DNA of 61,698 bases, taken from a bacterium. GTDB taxonomy: Bacteria; Patescibacteriota; Doudnabacteria; UBA920; 2-01-FULL-46-14. The first letter of the stretch is position 1. Each line of letters starts with the position of its first letter. The position numbers and the translations under genes are program-made. The stretch lies in NCBI GenBank assembly GCA_030700065.1, contig JAUYKH010000040.1:1-61698 (forward strand), read 5' to 3'. The notes beneath the pieces were generated by a model. That model was not told the DNA's origin and did not search any database. It saw only the letters and a list, made by a program, of their open reading frames with translations. Of the stretch, positions 25,989 through 34,705 are shown in pieces.

Positions 25989-26933
25989 GTGAAAATCATA
26001 CCACTGCCCAACAAAATTTATTTTGCGAAGGAAGAAGACAACAAATCCGAGCTCGTGATCGAGCCGCTGTATTCAGGCTATGGAGTAACCATCGGCAACG
26101 CTCTGCGCCGCGTGCTTTTGTCTTCTCTGCCCGGCGCCGCCGTGACCGCCGTCAAGATCAAGGGCGTGGATCATGAATTTTCGACAATTCCCAATGTTAC
26201 CGAAGACGTTGTTGATGTGCTTTTGAATCTCAAACAATTGCGTTTGCGCCTACATTCCGAGGAGTCGGTCAGGCTTGAACTGAAGGCCAAGGGGCAAAAA
26301 GAGGTAAGGGCAAAGGACATCAAGCCGAACCCGCTCGTGGAAATCGTCAATCCGGATTTGCAAATAGCCACTTTGGACAACAAAATGTCCGAGTTATCGA
26401 TGGAATTGCTGGTTGAGCAGGGCCGGGGTTATGTGCCCGTGGAATTAAGGGAAAGCGAGAAGATGGAGATCGGCATGATGGCAATAGACGCCATTTTTAC
26501 TCCTGTTCGAACAGTCAATTTCGAAATCGAAAACGTGCGCGTTGGGCAAATCACGAACTACGATAAATTAACAATCACCATGGAAACTGACGGCACCATC
26601 ACCGGTCGCGAAGCCGTAGACCAAGCTTCGCAGATACTCGTTGATCATTTTCATTTGTTTTTGACCAAGCAAGTCGAAGAGGCGGGGGAAAGCAAGGAAG
26701 AAGCGATTTCCAAACCGGAGAGCGAACCCATACCGGCGGAAGCAGAAAAACAAGTTGTCGTAGGAGACCTCGAATCCCTGGGTTTGCCGAACCGCGCTCA
26801 TAATGCCCTCATTAAAAATAATATTACCACGGTTGAACAGCTTCGGGGGATGACCCGCGAAGATTTTTTGGCGCTTGAGGGACTCGGAGAGAAATCAATT
26901 AATGACATCTTAAAGTCTTTGGGGAAAGAATGA
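25989..26933 (+). CDS. rpoA: DNA-directed RNA polymerase subunit alpha
   Basis: GYGVTIGNALRRVLLSSLPGAAVT plus a C-terminal domain helix-hairpin-helix. GTG start. Confidence 0.95.
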   Translation: MKIIPLPNKIYFAKEEDNKSELVIEPLYSGYGVTIGNALRRVLLSSLPGAAVTAVKIKGVDHEFSTIPNVTEDVVDVLLNLKQLRLRLHSEESVRLELKAKGQKEVRAKDIKPNPLVEIVNPDLQIATLDNKMSELSMELLVEQGRGYVPVELRESEKMEIGMMAIDAIFTPVRTVNFEIENVRVGQITNYDKLTITMETDGTITGREAVDQASQILVDHFHLFLTKQVEEAGESKEEAISKPESEPIPAEAEKQVVVGDLESLGLPNRAHNALIKNNITTVEQLRGMTREDFLALEGLGEKSINDILKSLGKE

Positions 26934-27274
26934 GGCATCGGGCGAAGAAACATCTGCGAGGGCACAAGGATCGGCGAAGGAAAGAACTCCGCGCGCTGGC
27001 ATCAGCTTTGATTCTATACGAACGGATCGAAACAACGCAGGCGCGCGCGAGGCTGACCCGCAGCAAGGTTGAGAAAATGATCACGCGCGGCAAAGGACAA
27101 AATTTGAATGCCCGGCGCCTGCTGTCGAGGGATTTGTCGCGGAACGCGGTCAACAAAATTCTCGAAGTGCTTTCTCCTCGCTACCAAAGCCGCGGCGGGG
27201 GGTATACGCGGATATTGCATACCGGAAAATTTAAGGACGGTACAGCTAAGGTTTCTCTGGAACTAGTCAAATGA
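26930..27274 (+). CDS. rplQ: 50S ribosomal protein L17
   Basis: MRHRAKKHLRG...ERIETT.ARA...GGYTRI. Confidence 0.95.
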   Translation: MRHRAKKHLRGHKDRRRKELRALASALILYERIETTQARARLTRSKVEKMITRGKGQNLNARRLLSRDLSRNAVNKILEVLSPRYQSRGGGYTRILHTGKFKDGTAKVSLELVK

Positions 27275-27693
27275 ATCAAACTTATTTGCCAAAAACTTCG
27301 GATATCAAGAGACGGTGGTATGAGATAGATGCTTCCAAATTTACGTTGGGCCGGCTGGCGACGCGGGTGGCTTCTCTACTGCGGGGTAAACACAAAGCGA
27401 GTTTCACGCCGCATATGGACGTGGGGGATTTTGTGGTCGTGACAAACGCGGAAAAAATCAAATTAACCGGCCGAAAGATTCTCCAGAAAGAATACTTTCG
27501 TTTCTCCGGATATCCGGGCGGGATCAAACGCGAGATATTGCGCGACGTTTTGAAAAAGAAGCCCGAGGATGTGGTTTACCGGGCCGTCAGAAATATGCTG
27601 GCAGTTAACAGGCTCCGCAAGCCGATTTTGAAGCGATTAAAAATTGTGCGGAATGACAAGCATAATTTTAATATTGACAAGAAAATAAGCTGA
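27271..27693 (+). CDS. rplM: 50S ribosomal protein L13
   Basis: RWYEIDA...LGRLAT.VA.LLRGKHK..FTPH.D.GD.VVV.NA. Confidence 0.95.
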   Translation: MNQTYLPKTSDIKRRWYEIDASKFTLGRLATRVASLLRGKHKASFTPHMDVGDFVVVTNAEKIKLTGRKILQKEYFRFSGYPGGIKREILRDVLKKKPEDVVYRAVRNMLAVNRLRKPILKRLKIVRNDKHNFNIDKKIS

Positions 27694-27694
27694 T

Positions 27695-28147
27695 ATGGTA
27701 AAGAAGACAATAAAAAAGAAGATTGAGAAGAAGGCGGAAAAACCGTCGGCAAAACCAAAAGAATATTTTTTTGGCATCGGACGGCGCAAGACCGCGAGAG
27801 CAAAGATCAAAATCTATCCCGAAGGCAAGGGAGAAATTGTTTTTAACAAAAAACCCATTTTTCAATATTTCCCGACACTTCAGCTGCAGAAGGTCGTACT
27901 CGACCCGCTTTCGGTTTTGGGTTTTGAAAAAAAGTTTGACGTTGCGGGCGCATTGTCGGGCGGAGGAATTTCGGCGCAGGCCCGGGCCGCGAGCTTGGGA
28001 ATAGCAAGAGCGCTCGTACTTTCCAATCCGGATCACAAGACAGTTTTGAAAAAGCAGGGTTTTCTCACCAGGGACGCGAGAAAGAAAGAACGCAAGAAGC
28101 CGGGCTTAAAGAGAGCGCGTCGGGCCCCCCAGTGGCAGAAGCGGTAG
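27695..28147 (+). CDS. rpsI: 30S ribosomal protein S9
   Basis: GIGRRKTARA...GGGISAQA.A...GIARAL...TRD.R..ERKK.G...AR...Q..KR. Confidence 0.95.
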   Translation: MVKKTIKKKIEKKAEKPSAKPKEYFFGIGRRKTARAKIKIYPEGKGEIVFNKKPIFQYFPTLQLQKVVLDPLSVLGFEKKFDVAGALSGGGISAQARAASLGIARALVLSNPDHKTVLKKQGFLTRDARKKERKKPGLKRARRAPQWQKR

Positions 28148-28167
28148 ATTTAAAATTTTGTCTTTCC

Positions 28168-28209
28168 GACCCGCCTTGGCGGCTTTCGTGCCAAAGCGGG
28201 TCCTTTTTT
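28168..28209 (+). terminator. Rho-independent terminator after rpsI
   Basis: GACCCGCCTTGGC ... GCCAAAGCGGGTC stem (12 of 13 bp) followed by CTTTTTT. Confidence 0.75.
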
Positions 28210-28217
28210 GATATAAT
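28209..28217 (+). promoter_or_regulatory. Extended -10 promoter (TGaTATAAT), 11 nt upstream of ATG 28229
   Basis: Read directly from the sequence. There is no Shine-Dalgarno sequence in the gap. Confidence 0.45.
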
Positions 28218-28228
28218 TTGGTTTATCA

Positions 28229-28864
28229 ATGCAAATCGTAACGATTCCGCGCGAAAAGAGAATATTCGATATAATAATGAGCGTTTTTCTTTTGATTCTG
28301 CTCTCTCCTTTCATTGTCGCGGTGCTGTGGGCGATGTTGCTGGAAAGCGTTTTGATCCCTTCCTCGCGCGGCAGATTTTTCTATTCCGAAACAAGAATAT
28401 CAGAAGGCAGGCCGTTTACCCTCTATAAATTTCGAATTTTCAAACAGAGCAGTTTGGAAAAGTTTTTTGACCAAAACGGATTCGTCCAAACCAAGGAATT
28501 GGAGAATGACAGGAAGAATTTTACCTATGTCGGCAGTATTTTAAGGCAGATTTACATGGACGAACTGCCCCAGCTCATTTGCGTTTTGAAAGGGGATATG
28601 AGTTTGGTAGGGCCCAGACCGACAAATCCGGTCAATGCAAAGAGGTGGCTTCAAGAAGGCAAATACTCAAAGCACTTGATAAAAGCGGGCTTGACGGGTT
28701 ATTTTCAATCTTATAAAGGGACAAAGCATTCTCGGGAGCAGAACCAAACGGATATGAAATACATTGAATATTGCCGGAACAATCCGGGTTGGAAAATAGT
28801 TTTGCTGGATGCCAAGATCCTGATAATTTCCGCGATAACTGTTTTGAAAGCCCAGGGGATATGA
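28229..28864 (+). CDS. Undecaprenyl-phosphate sugar phosphotransferase (bacterial sugar transferase family)
   Basis: KFR.F....DELPQLICVLKGDMSLVGPRP motif with an N-terminal transmembrane helix. Confidence 0.8.
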   Translation: MQIVTIPREKRIFDIIMSVFLLILLSPFIVAVLWAMLLESVLIPSSRGRFFYSETRISEGRPFTLYKFRIFKQSSLEKFFDQNGFVQTKELENDRKNFTYVGSILRQIYMDELPQLICVLKGDMSLVGPRPTNPVNAKRWLQEGKYSKHLIKAGLTGYFQSYKGTKHSREQNQTDMKYIEYCRNNPGWKIVLLDAKILIISAITVLKAQGI

Positions 28865-30609
28865 CGAATCAAGCCATTGCCAAAATTTTGAAGGAGATGG
28901 CCGGGTTCTATGAGATGCGGGACGTACCGTTCAAACCCCGGGCGTATGAAAAAGCCGCTCTCGCCATAGAAGATTTGGACGAGCAAGCGGAAGAAATCTA
29001 CGAAAAACAGGGGACAAAAGGCCTCTTGGGCATTCCCGGAGTCGGACGAGGCATAGCCGAGCATATTGAGGAGCTGTTGAGTTCAGGCCGTCTCAAGAAA
29101 TACGAACAGATGCGCAAAAAAATTCCGGTTGATTTGGTGGAGCTTGCGAGCATCGCCGGGGTCGGACCCAAGACTGTGAAGACATTGTATCAGAAACTTG
29201 GGATAAGAACTGTCACTGATTTGAAGAAGGCCGCGGTCAAACACAAAATTAGAGACCTGCCCGGATTCGGGGACAAATCAGAATTGCAAATTCTGGCGGG
29301 GCTGAATTTTCAGACCGCGAGTTCGGGCCGTTTTACGCTCGGGCGAGTGTTTCCGATCGTGAAGGATTTGGTCAAGCGTCTCAAATCAGGAACCGTGTTC
29401 GAGAAACTCGAGGTCGGTGGGTCTTTCCGGCGCCGTCAGGAAACAGTGGGCGATATCGACGTTCTGGGCACCTCGACCGAACCCGCGAAGGCGATGAATT
29501 TTTTTGTGCGCCTGAAAGACGTTGATACTGTGCTAGAGCACGGGGAAACAAAATCGGAAATCCGTTTGAGCAACGGCCTGCAGGTGGATTTGCGGATCGT
29601 CAAGGATGCCAACTGGGGCGCGGCGCTACAGTATTTTACGGGGGACAAAGCGCATAACGTCAAATTGCGAAAAATCGCGATTGCGAAAGGGTACAAACTT
29701 TCTGAATACGGCCTGACTCCCAACCGTCCCCCCTCACGAGGGGGGAAAAGAAGGGGGGTCATAGTGGATACTGAAGAAAAAGTCTACCGTGCTTTGGATA
29801 TGGACTTTATACCGCCCGAATTGCGCACGGACACCGGCGAAATCGAGGCGGCTCAAACCCGGCGGCTACCGAAGTTAATAGAATACGGCGATGTCCGAGG
29901 AGACCTGCAGGTGCAAACCAATTGGACTGACGGGTCAAACAGCATTGAGGAGTTGGCCGAGGCCGCCAGGAAACTGGGAAGGGAATATATCTGCATCACG
30001 GATCATACGAAAGCGTTGGCAATGACGGGCGGGCTGGATGAGAGGAAGTTGCTCCGACAGATGAAAGAAATTGACAAGCTAAATTCTAAATTTCGCATTC
30101 AACATTCCAAATTCCGTATTTTAAAAGGCGCGGAGGTCAATATTTTAAAATACGGGAATTTGGATATCAGGGAAGACGTGTTGGATAAACTGGACATCGT
30201 TGGCGTCTCCATCCATTCCCATTTCAAGATGAGTTCCGCGGAAATGACCGGAAGAATTATCGCGGCGCTGTCTCGGCCCTGTGTCGATATATTTTTCCAC
30301 CCAACAGCGAGACTAATTGGCAGACGGGAGCCGATCCAGTTCGATTTTCCCAAAGTTTTGCGGGCGGCGAAGAGAAATAACGTCGCCCTGGAAGTCAATG
30401 CTCATCCCGAGCGGCTTGATTTACACGACACCTTGATCCGGCAAGCCGTTGAGGCGGGGGTGAAACTGGTCATTGATACGGACGCGCATAGTACCAAAGA
30501 CCTTGAATTTTTGCATTTTGGCGAGGCGCAGGCGCGACGCGGCTGGGCAACAAAAGAGTATGTCTTGAACTCTAGACCGGTCGCCGAACTTTTGAAATAT
30601 TTTTCTTGA
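28861..30609 (+). CDS. polX: DNA polymerase X family protein with C-terminal PHP phosphoesterase domain
   Basis: HhH motifs (GIPGVG, GVGPKT), GSFRRRQETVGDIDVL, and PHP motifs ITDHT and DTDAHS. ATG 28861 overlaps the upstream TGA. Confidence 0.85.
   Translation: MTNQAIAKILKEMAGFYEMRDVPFKPRAYEKAALAIEDLDEQAEEIYEKQGTKGLLGIPGVGRGIAEHIEELLSSGRLKKYEQMRKKIPVDLVELASIAGVGPKTVKTLYQKLGIRTVTDLKKAAVKHKIRDLPGFGDKSELQILAGLNFQTASSGRFTLGRVFPIVKDLVKRLKSGTVFEKLEVGGSFRRRQETVGDIDVLGTSTEPAKAMNFFVRLKDVDTVLEHGETKSEIRLSNGLQVDLRIVKDANWGAALQYFTGDKAHNVKLRKIAIAKGYKLSEYGLTPNRPPSRGGKRRGVIVDTEEKVYRALDMDFIPPELRTDTGEIEAAQTRRLPKLIEYGDVRGDLQVQTNWTDGSNSIEELAEAARKLGREYICITDHTKALAMTGGLDERKLLRQMKEIDKLNSKFRIQHSKFRILKGAEVNILKYGNLDIREDVLDKLDIVGVSIHSHFKMSSAEMTGRIIAALSRPCVDIFFHPTARLIGRREPIQFDFPKVLRAAKRNNVALEVNAHPERLDLHDTLIRQAVEAGVKLVIDTDAHSTKDLEFLHFGEAQARRGWATKEYVLNSRPVAELLKYFS
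29727..29758 (+). repeat. C-run/G-run hairpin element in frame in polX
   Basis: CCCCCCT-CACG-AGGGGGG stem at 29728-29745, plus G6 at 29753-29758. Encodes PNRPPSRGGKRRG in a loop that I recall as short in other PolX proteins. Confidence 0.75.
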
Positions 30610-30661
30610 AGTCGGAAATAGTGTTATACTGAAAACGGGTAATATTAAAACCAAAACAACA

Positions 30662-31372
30662 ATGCCAGAAGAAGTAATGCCGCCGCCTGCCTCCGACCAT
30701 CTGGACATTCACGATTTTACCGCCCAGCCGTTTGATTATCAAAATAACCCATCCTGGCGAATTTTTCGGATCATGGCCGAATTCGTGGACGGGTTTAATT
30801 TTATCACCAAATTTCCCAAAAGCGTGACGATTTTCGGTTCAACGCGCTTCGACAATAAAAACGAACACTACCGCGCGGCTCAAAAATTAGCCCGCGTCTT
30901 GGCCCAATCCGGCTATACTATCGTCACCGGCGGGGGGCCGGGCATCATGGAAGCGGCGAACAAGGGTGCGGTCGAGGGCGGGGGAGAATCGGTGGGCTTA
31001 AATATCCAACTGCCTACCGAGCAACGAGTCAATCCATACGTCAAAAAAAGCATGGCGTTCAATTACTTCTTCACCCGAAAAGTCATGCTCGCTTTTTCCG
31101 CCAGCGCGTTTGTGTTTTTCCCGGGTGGGTACGGAACTCTGGACGAGGCCTTTGAGCTTATCACCCTGCGGCAGACCCACAAGATTCATCCAAACATTCC
31201 GATCATATTGATGGGGAGCGATTATTGGGAGCCAGCGGCCGAGTGGCTCAAGAATAATCTTTATAAAAAACACGGAACGATAAACGAAAAAGAGCTCAAA
31301 CTGTGGGAGATCGTGGATGAGCCGGTTGAGGCTGTCGCCATAATCCAAAAAGCCCGCGTCCCACAGCGCTAA
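30662..31372 (+). CDS. LOG-family / TIGR00730 Rossmann-fold protein (cytokinin riboside 5'-monophosphate phosphoribohydrolase-like)
   Basis: GGGPGIMEAAN and PGGYGTLDE motifs. Confidence 0.85.
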   Translation: MPEEVMPPPASDHLDIHDFTAQPFDYQNNPSWRIFRIMAEFVDGFNFITKFPKSVTIFGSTRFDNKNEHYRAAQKLARVLAQSGYTIVTGGGPGIMEAANKGAVEGGGESVGLNIQLPTEQRVNPYVKKSMAFNYFFTRKVMLAFSASAFVFFPGGYGTLDEAFELITLRQTHKIHPNIPIILMGSDYWEPAAEWLKNNLYKKHGTINEKELKLWEIVDEPVEAVAIIQKARVPQR

Positions 31373-31373
31373 G

Positions 31374-32291
31374 CTAAAGCCACTTTTTCCTTATAAGAAT
31401 AGCGATCATTGTAAACGTCATAATAACCAGCCCGAGGTTGATGTAGGCGAGAATGTGCGGATTGTTTTGGTATGGAAGATTGACATTCATGCCGTAGTAA
31501 TTCAAAAGTATGGTGAGCGGCAGGGGAATTACAGAGAATATTGCCAGGACTTTCAAAACTTTGTTCGAGCTTCTGCTGATCAGCGCTTCGTTCGCGTCCT
31601 CGAGGACGTCAATGTAAGCCAGCGCCGTATCGAGCTGGTTTATTATTTTATCTTTCTTGTCGATAATGTCGTCAAAATAAATATTCAGTTCCTCGGGCAC
31701 GAACCGTTTGTACTTTGTTTGCAAATCCGCGAAGACGAAGCGTTGCGGCAGGAGAATTCGCCGGACGTTAATGATATTGCGTTTTAAAATCATAATCTCC
31801 TGAATCATATCCTTGGTTTCGGGTGTTTCAAATATCTCTTCTTCGAGCTGGAAAATAAGTTCATTTTTCTGATTGATGATCGGAAAAACATAATCCAGGA
31901 GCGAATCTAAGATTTCATAAAGGAGCATCGCCCCGCCCCGCCCGATGAATTTTTCGCGGGCGGAATCGTCGGCCCGGCAGGTTTCGAAAAAGTTTTGGAG
32001 AGGATTCAATTCGCCGCTGTTTATGGTAATGATATAATCCTTTCCAAAAAAAATATCCAGTTCCGTTCTTTTGTAGATCCTTTTGTGGCTTTCGTAAAGA
32101 GGAAACTGAAGGATGATGAACAAATAATCCTGATAAGCGTCAATTTTCGGATACTGGGCTTTCGAGAGCACGTCTTCCAGGTCGAGGACGTGGAAATGAA
32201 AATTTTCCCGCAAGTAATCAACCATTTCCTGATCCGGTCCGGTGATATTGATCCAGCGTAGCTCGTTATAGTTAATTTCGGTTATTTTCAT
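31374..32291 (-). CDS. corA: CorA-family magnesium/cobalt transporter
   Basis: YGMNV (GMN) motif followed by two C-terminal transmembrane helices. Confidence 0.85.
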   Translation of the reverse strand: MKITEINYNELRWINITGPDQEMVDYLRENFHFHVLDLEDVLSKAQYPKIDAYQDYLFIILQFPLYESHKRIYKRTELDIFFGKDYIITINSGELNPLQNFFETCRADDSAREKFIGRGGAMLLYEILDSLLDYVFPIINQKNELIFQLEEEIFETPETKDMIQEIMILKRNIINVRRILLPQRFVFADLQTKYKRFVPEELNIYFDDIIDKKDKIINQLDTALAYIDVLEDANEALISRSSNKVLKVLAIFSVIPLPLTILLNYYGMNVNLPYQNNPHILAYINLGLVIMTFTMIAILIRKKWL

Positions 32292-32608
32292 GACAGGTGT
32301 TTGTCGATCCGTTTTCTGATTTCAGCACCCGGCATTGCCCCGATTACCTCGTCGATTATTTGCCCGTTTTTGAAAATTTTTAGATTTGGGATGCTCCGGA
32401 CGGCGTATTTTTCCGCCATATCCGGATTTTCGTCAACATTGAGCTTGCCCACTGTCAATTTTCCCTCATAATCCTTCGCGATGCCGCTTAAGGTGGGCGC
32501 GATGGCGTGGCAGGGGCCGCACCACTCGGCCCAAAAATCGACGATTACGGGTACTGGCGACGCAATCACTTCTTTGTCGAAATTTTGATTGTTGAGCGTA
32601 ATTTCCAT
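32288..32608 (-). CDS. trxA: Thioredoxin
   Basis: FWAEWCGPCH active site; 106 aa. Confidence 0.95.
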   Translation of the reverse strand: MEITLNNQNFDKEVIASPVPVIVDFWAEWCGPCHAIAPTLSGIAKDYEGKLTVGKLNVDENPDMAEKYAVRSIPNLKIFKNGQIIDEVIGAMPGAEIRKRIDKHLS

Positions 32609-32684
32609 TTCGGTTACCCTTACAATTTACGGCTAAGCAGGGCATTTGTCAATTGTGCCGTAAAAAGTTATTATGAATTAGTAA

Positions 32685-32754
32685 ACCCCGCACCACTTTT
32701 ATTGCAATCTAAAGTTTTTTTCGTTGGACTTATTGTTCAAAAGTGGTGCGGGGT
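32685..32754. repeat. 16-bp perfect inverted repeat with a 38-nt spacer, in the divergent trxA/dac intergenic region
   Basis: ACCCCGCACCACTTTT (32685-32700) pairs with AAAAGTGGTGCGGGGT (32739-32754). Confidence 0.9.
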
Positions 32755-32779
32755 AAAATAAACCTTAACGCACCCTCGG

Positions 32780-33700
32780 TTGGAAACAAAAAAGTTTATA
32801 ATTTGGTCACTCGGCATATCGATAGCCCTGGCTGTCATATTCCAATTTATACCAATACCCAGGCAAAGCCGGGTTGGCGGGGCATACCTTGAGCTTCTCC
32901 CGCAATTTCCCCTATCTGACAAGCGGGAGGGTCTTACCCCCCGACAGCAGTTTTTTATCGCGGAGCTCGAGCTGTCCGCCGAAAGCGCCCTGGTGAAGGA
33001 CAAAAACTCCAATGTCGTGCTTTTTGAAAAAAATTCCAGGGAGAAACTGCCCATCGCGAGCCTGACCAAGCTTATGACCGCCCTGGTTGCCTTAAGAGAA
33101 TTAAAAATGGATGAGGTTGTCACAATTTCGCCGGAAGACACGAGGGTCTCGCCCTACAAGGCGAATTTGGCCGCCGGTGAGAAGCTTTTGGCCCGAGATT
33201 TGTTGAAAGCCATGCTCGTTCTTTCTGCGAACGACGCGGCCTGGGCGCTCGCTCGCGCCGCGGGGGGGACGGTGAAAGACTTTGTGCTGAAGATGAACAG
33301 CGAGGCGCGTTCTCTGGGCATGCTCTCTACGGCCTTTACCAACCCGGTCGGATTCGACGATGACGGACATTATTCTACGGCCGCGGATCTGGCAATTTTG
33401 GTCGAAGAAGTATTGCGCCACCCGGAGCTGGTCGAAATTGCCAGCCTCAAGGAAGCGACGATCAATTCGGTTGACGGAAGAATCACGCACCGTTTGTTGA
33501 CCACGAATAAATTGATGCTGAAGTACAAAGAAATTTCGGGTCTCAAGACCGGCTACACAACGGAAGCCAAAGGGAATTTGATTGTTTTGGTGCAGGAAGG
33601 CCCGGCTCTCCTGTACTTCATTGTACTCAACAGCGACGACCGCGAAACGGAAACGGAGCGAGCCCTGACCTGGGTAAAACAAAGCTTTGTATGGAGATGA
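32780..33700 (+). CDS. D-alanyl-D-alanine carboxypeptidase (S11 family, PBP5/DacB-like)
   Basis: SLTK (SxxK), SAND (SxN) and KTGYT (KTG) motifs. TTG start is uncertain. Confidence 0.8.
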   Translation: METKKFIIWSLGISIALAVIFQFIPIPRQSRVGGAYLELLPQFPLSDKREGLTPRQQFFIAELELSAESALVKDKNSNVVLFEKNSREKLPIASLTKLMTALVALRELKMDEVVTISPEDTRVSPYKANLAAGEKLLARDLLKAMLVLSANDAAWALARAAGGTVKDFVLKMNSEARSLGMLSTAFTNPVGFDDDGHYSTAADLAILVEEVLRHPELVEIASLKEATINSVDGRITHRLLTTNKLMLKYKEISGLKTGYTTEAKGNLIVLVQEGPALLYFIVLNSDDRETETERALTWVKQSFVWR

Positions 33701-34704
33701 CCACAGAAAATTTGATTCGCGTGTTTTCCTTGACAGCGATTTCTTTTTTGATCGCCATTTTATGGACCCCTCTTTTGGCGCATTTTCTGTATAAATACCG
33801 GATCGCGAAACAGATACGGCAAAGAACATGGGACGGCGAGCCAGCCAAGCTTTTTCGAAAGATGCACGCGAACAAAAGCGGAACGCCGACGATGGGCGGT
33901 CTCCTTGTTTGGGTCACCGCCGCCGCCGTAACCGTTGTGTTCAATCTTTCCAGATCCCAGACCTGGCTGCCCGTATTTGTGCTCGTGGCTTCAGGGGCAT
34001 TGGGCTTTATTGATGATTTTCTGAACGTTCGGGGAGTGGTGCGGGGGCTTTCCATAAAAATCAAATTTATCTTTCAATTTTTGATAGCCGGTTTGGGCGG
34101 GTGGTGGTTTTTTTATAAATTGGAATTTTCACAAATCCGCATTCCCGCGAACGAGCTTCTGGGTTTGCCCGAGTTTTTGGACATCGGCTGGGCCTACATC
34201 CCTCTTTTTATTTTGACCGTGGTTTTCCTGACCAACGCGGTAAATATCACGGACGGTCTTGACGGGCTTTCGGGAGGCGCGTTGGCGGCCAGCTTTGGGG
34301 CCATCCTCGGGATCGCGTTGGTCCAGGGACAAATCGGCATAGCGGCGTTCGCGGGGACCATCATCGGGGCGCTTCTGGCGTTTCTTTGGTTTAATATTTA
34401 TCCCGCCAGGTTTTTCATGGGCGATACGGGGGCGTTCGCCCTGGGTGCGACGCTCGCGGTTTTGGCCTTTTTGACGAACAGCGTGCTACTTTTGCCGATT
34501 GTCGGTTTTGTATTCGTAATCGAGGCCCTCTCGAGTCTGGCCCAATGGGCGAGCAAAAAATATCTCAAGCGCAAAGTTTTTCTTGTGGCACCATTGCATC
34601 ACCATTTCGAAGCTGCGGGCTGGCCCGAAACAAAAGTCACCATGCGATTTTGGGTCATAGCCACTGTTTGCGCGACAGTCGGGCTTGTAATCGGGCTTAT
34701 CTGA
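33691..34704 (+). CDS. mraY: Phospho-N-acetylmuramoyl-pentapeptide transferase
   Basis: K.GTPTMGG, NA.N.TDGLDGL and F.GD.G..ALG motifs; polytopic membrane protein. Confidence 0.9.
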   Translation: MEMTTENLIRVFSLTAISFLIAILWTPLLAHFLYKYRIAKQIRQRTWDGEPAKLFRKMHANKSGTPTMGGLLVWVTAAAVTVVFNLSRSQTWLPVFVLVASGALGFIDDFLNVRGVVRGLSIKIKFIFQFLIAGLGGWWFFYKLEFSQIRIPANELLGLPEFLDIGWAYIPLFILTVVFLTNAVNITDGLDGLSGGALAASFGAILGIALVQGQIGIAAFAGTIIGALLAFLWFNIYPARFFMGDTGAFALGATLAVLAFLTNSVLLLPIVGFVFVIEALSSLAQWASKKYLKRKVFLVAPLHHHFEAAGWPETKVTMRFWVIATVCATVGLVIGLI

Positions 34705-34705
34705 T

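Noticed and set aside
30083-30124. Tandem NSKFRIQ/HSKFRIL segment in polX as another mobile insert
   Set aside because: It is a plain imperfect 21-nt in-frame duplication (15 of 21 identical) of the native linker preceding the PHP domain. It is not palindromic and not shared with other loci.
33101-33829. 242-aa minus-strand ORF antisense to the dac and mraY genes. Similar cases are 45317-46063, 54620-55210 and 56506-57009.
   Set aside because: All lie antisense within strongly supported genes and have low-complexity translations.
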